A stretch of 64,000 bases of DNA from Saccharofermentanales bacterium (GTDB taxonomy: Bacteria; Bacillota; Clostridia; Saccharofermentanales; DTU023). The notes beneath the pieces are model-generated. The model had not been told where the DNA came from and did no database searches. It saw only the letters and a list, made by a program, of their open reading frames with translations. Positions 58,227 to 64,000 of the stretch are shown piece after piece (the first letter of the stretch is position 1; each line of letters opens with the position of its first letter). The stretch lies in the NCBI GenBank assembly GCA_050951925.1, contig JBMNJZ010000001.1, positions 1,195,915-1,259,914 of the forward strand. Direction: 5' to 3'. The translations under genes and the position numbers were made by a program.

Positions 58227-58342
58227 GCTATTCCATGTGATATATCAAAATATCATTTAAAACAAAATGAGGGAAGATCAGTAGGGGATTCAAGTTTCAG
58301 GTATAATGATATTAATGATAGCAGATTGCTCGGAGGTGCCTG

Positions 58343-59068
58343 GTGTCGAAAATCCGCAAAGTAAAATTGGAGTTTCAAGATAACAATATTAATAGTCAGC
58401 TTAAGCCTTTGCATGCCGATTCCCAGACATTTATTGATCATACTGTGCAATATGACAATCTATTAACATCAGATACTAAAGTCCAGTCTAAGTTAAATGA
58501 CAATAATTATATGTTGGATCGACCGTCAGATATTGGCGAGACAAAGTATCATGAGCAGGAATTATCAGATAGAGAGACTGCTGCCTTTACAACTGATTAC
58601 GACCCAATCCTGAATCAGGTAGAATTACCTAAGGAATATTTTGATGAACGCTACAAGCTCTCAGGATATAATTCAATTAAGGAAAATAGTATTAGAAGAA
58701 AAAACATTTTGAGAGCTGGCTTGAACAACGGGAATTTTAATTTGGAATCACAAATTAAAACCGGAGCAAGAGTATACCGTCTGCAAGGCTTTACTACGGT
58801 AGCCAGAATCAAAAGAAAATTCCATCAGGAGAGCAGGCAAAGAAAACTAAGGAATTTACTAACAGTCCTGGTCATAATTATTTTTGTTGTGGTAATGCTA
58901 ATAATATATAACCCAATTAAAGACATTCCGGAATGGCGCAAAATCTTGGGAGTAGATAGCTTATACGGGGAACAAACATATACGGTTACAGTGGAATCAA
59001 ATAATTCAAATACCCAAGATACTTTGAACTCTTCAACTGATTTTGACTTTAACAACGATAGACCTTAG
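58343..59068 (+). CDS. Hypothetical single-pass membrane protein divergent from lexA
   Basis: GTG after GGAGGTG; basic patch followed by one TM (LLTVLVIIIFVVVMLIIY). Confidence 0.65.
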   Translation: MSKIRKVKLEFQDNNINSQLKPLHADSQTFIDHTVQYDNLLTSDTKVQSKLNDNNYMLDRPSDIGETKYHEQELSDRETAAFTTDYDPILNQVELPKEYFDERYKLSGYNSIKENSIRRKNILRAGLNNGNFNLESQIKTGARVYRLQGFTTVARIKRKFHQESRQRKLRNLLTVLVIIIFVVVMLIIYNPIKDIPEWRKILGVDSLYGEQTYTVTVESNNSNTQDTLNSSTDFDFNNDRP

Positions 59069-59121
59069 TTTTACCGCTTAAAATGGATTTGAATTTAATT
59101 AATATAAAAATACATCCCTTT

Positions 59122-59151
59122 AACTTCGCAAAACTTTTATTTTGCGAAGTT
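59122..59151. terminator. Hairpin between convergent genes
   Basis: AACTTCGCAAAA-ctttta-TTTTGCGAAGTT perfect 12-bp stem. Confidence 0.6.
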
Positions 59152-59252
59152 CGCTAAGTGTGAATGATATTGACAATGAACTCATATTTGATGGAATCCA
59201 GCAAGACCAGCTCTACCCTATTATTCAACACAAATACGATACGGTCATTTTT

Positions 59253-60542
59253 CTAATGATGATTAAGATGTGGCGATCGGTAACTGTAGAGAAGTTTTGC
59301 CACTGAAGATACCAGCATAATCCCCAATGCCAATGTTCCGGTAATTATTAATGTACGCACAAAACTATCGATGAAATCATCATGTTGCGCCGTAACAAAA
59401 TAATTCATCGTCCGGTAGATATCATATCCCGGCACCAACGGGAATAATCCGGCTGTCAAATATACGGTTACCGGCTTCTTAGTAAATCTTGCCATCAGTT
59501 CCGAATATGTTGCCAAAAATACGATAGCAATAAAGATAGCCAAGCTGTAGTCAAAATCTTTATGGCGATTAATCTGCGCATATATCAACCAGCCCAAGCC
59601 CCCACCTACACTGCCAATAATCAAAGGCAGCTTTTTGACATCAAATATGATCAGAAAGGAAAAGACACCTAAGATTGCGATAAGAATCGATTCCGGACGA
59701 TCGGGATTAATCGAAGTTAAGGTAGGTAATTCTGAATGCGGACGATTAAAGACTTTTGTCAGAAAGGCTGCCCCGATACCGGATCCTACAGCAAGGGCAG
59801 TAGCTGCCAGAACAGTTTCAATCATCTTGATCAGTCCGGCCAGGTAATCGCTTGCAATCAGATCGCGAATACTATTGACCAGCATTATTCCCGGGAATAA
59901 GTACATAAAAGCTCCCGCTGTCATTAAGTGGATCTGATTACTGTAAGATGTGAACATAACCGGAAACATAAGAACATAGATCATTACGCCTCTGACTATA
60001 TTGACAAAGATCCTGTTGCCTCCCATACGGCGCAATGGTTTGACTATAAAGGTCAAAAGAGCAGATACTACCGCAGCCCAGAGAGCCGGTACCAAGGTGG
60101 AACCGGACAATAATGTAAAGGCAAGGCCTGTCATTGCAACCCCAATTGTATAGATAGACTGTGAATATCTGGGAGTTGCTAGAATTCTTTTGACCTCTTT
60201 AATTGCGGTCTTAATGTCCGGCCTTTCCCGATTAACGCGTCTTGTAAAATCATTTAAAAGATGCACTCTATTTAAATTTGTTTCGACTTCCCTGGCATTT
60301 TGGGTTACGACTATTGTGTTACCATCCTTATCCTGAGCTGATACAGTGAGGTAGTGAGTTATTGCAAATACCTGCGGATCAGAGAGATATTCACTGTAGC
60401 TATTCAGAATACTTAACATGCTGTCTTCGACACGGTAAGTCTCAGCTCCATTCTTTAAAAGCCCTGTACCGACTAGTGCAGCAAGTTGCATAATGTCATT
60501 TTCAATAATTGTTGTAGGTGTTATATTTCTATCTTTGTCCAT
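59253..60542 (-). CDS. Threonine/serine exporter family (ThrE, two domains fused)
   Basis: LLKNGAETYRVED, PGIMLVNSIRDL, PLVPG..IY. Confidence 0.85.
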   Translation of the reverse strand: MDKDRNITPTTIIENDIMQLAALVGTGLLKNGAETYRVEDSMLSILNSYSEYLSDPQVFAITHYLTVSAQDKDGNTIVVTQNAREVETNLNRVHLLNDFTRRVNRERPDIKTAIKEVKRILATPRYSQSIYTIGVAMTGLAFTLLSGSTLVPALWAAVVSALLTFIVKPLRRMGGNRIFVNIVRGVMIYVLMFPVMFTSYSNQIHLMTAGAFMYLFPGIMLVNSIRDLIASDYLAGLIKMIETVLAATALAVGSGIGAAFLTKVFNRPHSELPTLTSINPDRPESILIAILGVFSFLIIFDVKKLPLIIGSVGGGLGWLIYAQINRHKDFDYSLAIFIAIVFLATYSELMARFTKKPVTVYLTAGLFPLVPGYDIYRTMNYFVTAQHDDFIDSFVRTLIITGTLALGIMLVSSVAKLLYSYRSPHLNHH

Positions 60543-60548
60543 ATTCTT

Positions 60549-61637
60549 TCAAGACTCTTGCTTGATCCAGCCTTCCCTGCACAGTAACTCCGCCATGAGT
60601 ACAGCGCCTCCGGCGGCACCGCGTGAGATATTATGCGATAGACAAACAAATTTATAGTCAAAAATATTGTCTTTTCGTAGCCTGCCAATATTTATCTGCA
60701 TACCTCTCCCCGCACCGGAATCAATGCGTGATTGAGGCCTGTCAGGCTCTTCTCTGTAGCAGAGGAAAGGTTCAATTGAACTGGGTAACCCCCTCACCTG
60801 CTCCGGCAGTACATAATTGCGCCAAGCAGATATTATATCGCTTTCTGTTATATTTTCACTAAAACTTACAGAGACAGCAGCCAAGTGTCCATGCTCAACC
60901 GGAACACGCAGGCATTGGGCGGAAATTATAGGTTTTGAGGCAAGTACTATTTCCCGACCTGTAATTTGACCCCATATTTTCAAAGGTTCTAATTCACTTT
61001 TTCCTTCTTCGCCGTCAATATATGGAATTACATTGGCGTTCATCTCCGGCCAGCCTTCCAGACTACGTCCGGCGCCGGATACAGCCTGAGCAGTAACTAC
61101 ATTTATCTTCGTAGGGCCAAAGGACATGAGTGGATGAATTGCCGGCACATAGCTCTGGATAGAGCAATTAGGCTTGACAGCAATGAACCCTCTTCTTGTT
61201 CCTAAGCGTCTCCTTTGTGCATGGATAATTTCTGCGTGCTGCCAATTTATTTCGGGAATAATCATAGGTACATCAGGAGTATTGCGATGAGCAGAGTTAT
61301 TGGATACTACCGGTAACTCCAGTCTGGCAATTTCCTCTTCCAGGGCATAGATCTCTTCCGTAGACATTGAAACTGCGCAGAACACAAAATCCATCTCATC
61401 AGCAAAAAACTTCAGTTCAGTTAATGAGTACACTTTAAGATTTGCAATTGTATCAGTAGGTGGCATAGCGGTTTTAAACCGATTTTTGATGGCATCCCGA
61501 TAGGACATGCCGCTTGAACGCTCGGAAGCAAATAAATATTTAATTTCAAACCAGGGGTGATCGGATAGTAATGATACAAAATGCTGTCCAACATATCCCG
61601 TTGCCCCAATAACGCCGACTCGGTATTTTCCTGTCAT
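60549..61637 (-). CDS. asd: Aspartate-semialdehyde dehydrogenase
   Basis: GATGYVGQ, SNNSAHR, PNCS, QAVSGAG, RVPVEHGH, HN..RGAAG. Confidence 0.93.
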   Translation of the reverse strand: MTGKYRVGVIGATGYVGQHFVSLLSDHPWFEIKYLFASERSSGMSYRDAIKNRFKTAMPPTDTIANLKVYSLTELKFFADEMDFVFCAVSMSTEEIYALEEEIARLELPVVSNNSAHRNTPDVPMIIPEINWQHAEIIHAQRRRLGTRRGFIAVKPNCSIQSYVPAIHPLMSFGPTKINVVTAQAVSGAGRSLEGWPEMNANVIPYIDGEEGKSELEPLKIWGQITGREIVLASKPIISAQCLRVPVEHGHLAAVSVSFSENITESDIISAWRNYVLPEQVRGLPSSIEPFLCYREEPDRPQSRIDSGAGRGMQINIGRLRKDNIFDYKFVCLSHNISRGAAGGAVLMAELLCREGWIKQES

Positions 61638-61804
61638 ATTAATTTATCCTCCTAATAGGTCACAATCTTTTGTAACTAATCTGTAAAGCAGACAATATTA
61701 TAATAATGATAACCATGTTCTAACTGTCGTTGACCCGATTTATTAACTTTACCTAATTCGAAGGATCAATACAAGTAAAATAGACAATCTATTAAAAAGT
61801 AGCA

Positions 61805-62806
61805 ATGACAATCATTAATGACAAAACTAAATGCAGAAGGCTGGATGATTTCCTTGGTTATTTCCAAGCGATTCGTGAACGTTCGCCTGCAACTATCAAA
61901 GAATACAGATATGATTTGATAATGTTTCTACGCTTCCAGCTTAGCAGGAAACTTGATCTCCCGGCTGATCAAATATGGGATGACATTGATCTATCTCTGG
62001 CAGGCGACAAGTTTTTACGGGAAATTCAATTAAGTGACCTTTATTTGTATATTACCTGGCTCAGTACAGAGAGAAAGAATAGTGCAGCTACACGAGCGAG
62101 ACACATATCTGCAATTCGCTCATTCTTTCATTATTTAACTACCAAAGCCAACCTTTTAGATGAGAATCCGGCCGCAAATTTGGAGATGCCTAAGCAATTG
62201 CGTCGTCTTCCCCGTTATTTAACCTTAGATGATAGCAAGAGACTGCTAGCTGCGACTGAATGCACGGACGATCAATACCGATCTCGCGATTATGCTATCA
62301 TTACCCTCTTTCTGAATTGCGGCATGCGTCTATCGGAGCTGGTCAGTATTAATCTATCTGATATTAGAGAGGACACGCTGGTAGTAATGGGGAAAGGCGG
62401 AAAAGAGAGAACAATCTATTTAAATGGCGCTTGCATTGCCGCCCTTAATGATTACTATCCGGATCGTATCAAACCCAAGGAAAGCGATAAGGATGCCCTT
62501 TTTATCAGCCGCTTAGGCAAAAGAATGGGAGCCAGAGCTGTGCAAAATGTGATACGAAAAAATATGCTGGCTGCCGGTATCGATCCCAAACGCTATTCAA
62601 CGCACAAACTAAGACATACCGCTGCTACTTTAATGTACCAGTACGGCAAGGTTGATATTCGTAATTTGCAAATGATTTTAGGTCATGAGAGTGTTGCAAC
62701 GACTGAAATTTATACTCATACAAGCAAAGACGCTTTGCACGCTGCGGTGGAAAAGAATCCACTCAGCAGTGTGCGCAAGCAACGGTCAGATATTGAACAT
62801 GAATAG
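61805..62806 (+). CDS. Tyrosine recombinase, XerC/D-like (housekeeping type)
   Basis: GMRLSEL, GKGGKER, HKLRH, LGH, TTEIYTH: complete catalytic set. Confidence 0.88.
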   Translation: MTIINDKTKCRRLDDFLGYFQAIRERSPATIKEYRYDLIMFLRFQLSRKLDLPADQIWDDIDLSLAGDKFLREIQLSDLYLYITWLSTERKNSAATRARHISAIRSFFHYLTTKANLLDENPAANLEMPKQLRRLPRYLTLDDSKRLLAATECTDDQYRSRDYAIITLFLNCGMRLSELVSINLSDIREDTLVVMGKGGKERTIYLNGACIAALNDYYPDRIKPKESDKDALFISRLGKRMGARAVQNVIRKNMLAAGIDPKRYSTHKLRHTAATLMYQYGKVDIRNLQMILGHESVATTEIYTHTSKDALHAAVEKNPLSSVRKQRSDIEHE

Positions 62807-62827
62807 CCCAGTGTGAACTTAAATAAG

Positions 62828-63304
62828 CTATTGATTTTCAATCCCGGGCAGATTTATTAATTCCTCATCGGCCTCATGGTCATGCACATCTTCTTCTAAA
62901 ATAGAAAAGAGTTTGAGATTATCATCATTAAGGAGGCCATGTTCCTGATAGTACTGTAGCAGAGCTTTTTTGACTGCTTGTTCAGCTAAGGCCGAACAAT
63001 GCATTTTAATTGGTGGTAAACCATCCAAAGCATTTGCCACAGCTCTATTTGTCAGCTCAAGTGCCTCTTGTACGGTTCTGCCTATAATCATTTCCGTAGC
63101 CATACTGCTGGTAGCAACAGCTGCCCCGCAACCGAAAGTCATGAATTTTGCATCAACAATAACTTCATTTTCAATCTTCAAATCAATACGCATAATGTCG
63201 CCACAGACAGGGTTTCCCACCGTGCCTGAAACAGTCGAATCAGGAATTTCACCAACATTGCGCGGATTTAGAAAGTGATCCATAACTTTATCGCTGTACT
63301 TCAT
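62828..63304 (-). CDS. iscU: Fe-S cluster scaffold IscU/NifU
   Basis: YSDKVMDHF.NPRNVG, CGD, FGCG.A.A, KMHCS. Confidence 0.93.
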   Translation of the reverse strand: MKYSDKVMDHFLNPRNVGEIPDSTVSGTVGNPVCGDIMRIDLKIENEVIVDAKFMTFGCGAAVATSSMATEMIIGRTVQEALELTNRAVANALDGLPPIKMHCSALAEQAVKKALLQYYQEHGLLNDDNLKLFSILEEDVHDHEADEELINLPGIENQ

Positions 63305-64000
63305 ATCGTGATTCCCCCTTCAACAAATTCTCCCCCTGTTCAGGAATAATATTTTTGATCTTTCCGTGTTTAAAATCAGCATACAATGGTGATATCAGCC
63401 TCAACTTTTCTATTACGCCGGGCAAATCAGCTATCATACGATCAATGTCAGCAGCAGTATTCTCACGTCCTAAGGTAATGCGCAATGATCCGTGAGCAAT
63501 CTCATGGGGCAAGCCAATCGCCATTAGCACATGCGAAGGATCCAATGAGCCGGACGTACAAGCTGATCCGCTGGAACACATATAACCCAATTGGTTTAAC
63601 AATAACAGGATCGATTCACCTTCAATAAATTCAAAGGACAGATTTATATTGTTAGGCAAGCGCTTTTCATAATGGCCATTTAATTTTATATACGGTATCT
63701 TAGCCATCAGCTCTCCGATCAATCTGTCGCGCAGAGCAGTCTGGCGCTGAGCTTCTTCGGGCAGATCCATAAGGGCAAGTTCCAGAGCCTTGGCAATAGC
63801 GACTGCGAAAGCGGTGTTCTCAGTACCTGCTCGAAGCCTTTTTTCTTGCGCGCCACCATCAATCAGATTTGCAATCCTAGCCCCTTTTCTTATATACATG
63901 ATCCCTATGCCTTTAGGTGCATAAAACTTGTGTCCTGAGAAACTCATTAGATCAACGTCAAGTTCATGAGGTTTGACCGGTATAGCACCCAATGCTTGTA
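63288..64000 (-). CDS. iscS: Cysteine desulfurase IscS/NifS (5' part outside window)
   Basis: SGHKFYAPKG, RAGTEN, SSGSACTSGSLDPSHVL. Confidence 0.93.
   Translation of the reverse strand, partial: QALGAIPVKPHELDVDLMSFSGHKFYAPKGIGIMYIRKGARIANLIDGGAQEKRLRAGTENTAFAVAIAKALELALMDLPEEAQRQTALRDRLIGELMAKIPYIKLNGHYEKRLPNNINLSFEFIEGESILLLLNQLGYMCSSGSACTSGSLDPSHVLMAIGLPHEIAHGSLRITLGRENTAADIDRMIADLPGVIEKLRLISPLYADFKHGKIKNIIPEQGENLLKGESRYEVQR

Noticed and set aside
61638..61804. Lysine riboswitch or SOS box in the asd-xer divergent gap
   Set aside because: No L-box motifs; the TAAC-CAT-GTTC spacing does not fit GAAC-N4-GTTC
61805..62806. Tyrosine recombinase as an integrase of a mobile element
   Set aside because: Flanked by housekeeping asd and iscU; no att repeats, tRNA target or cargo; resembles chromosomal Xer-like genes
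1..64000. Many 60-170 aa antisense or alternative-frame ORFs; CRISPR arrays; IS elements
   Set aside because: The small ORFs are shadows of well-supported genes and carry no motifs; no spaced repeats, terminal inverted repeats or transposases seen

Overview
Core chromosomal segment of an anaerobic Firmicute (Clostridia-like, judged from gene content and order and from GAAC-N4-GTTC SOS boxes). About 56 CDS, nearly all on the + strand, plus four tRNAs (His, Gln, Lys on +; Pro on -). Content is mostly housekeeping: argS, prfB, purE-N-H-D, a nadD-yqeK fusion, rsfS, comEA, rnhA, ftsK, folD, cinA, murJ, recA-recX-rimO-pgsA, acpP-rnc-smc-ftsY-ylxM-ffh-rpsP-khpA-rimM-trmD, a MoxR-DUF58-transglutaminase module, miaB-mutS-mutL-miaA-hfq, lexA, asd, a Xer-like recombinase and iscU/iscS. 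I see no CRISPR array, transposase, prophage or rRNA, and no clear multi-gene novel accessory system. Most notable points: (1) mutS is split by a +1 frameshift at GGG-TAT-CTT-TAA, which resembles the prfB recoding site (a single-G insertion is the simpler explanation), while prfB itself has no frameshift. (2) A highly divergent Hfq has lost most canonical RNA-binding residues. (3) An M3 oligopeptidase homologue coupled to argS has HEXXH degenerated to YEAGC. (4) There are probable leaderless promoters and an operator-like palindrome at ylxM. All calls come from motif and synteny recognition by eye; no searches were run.
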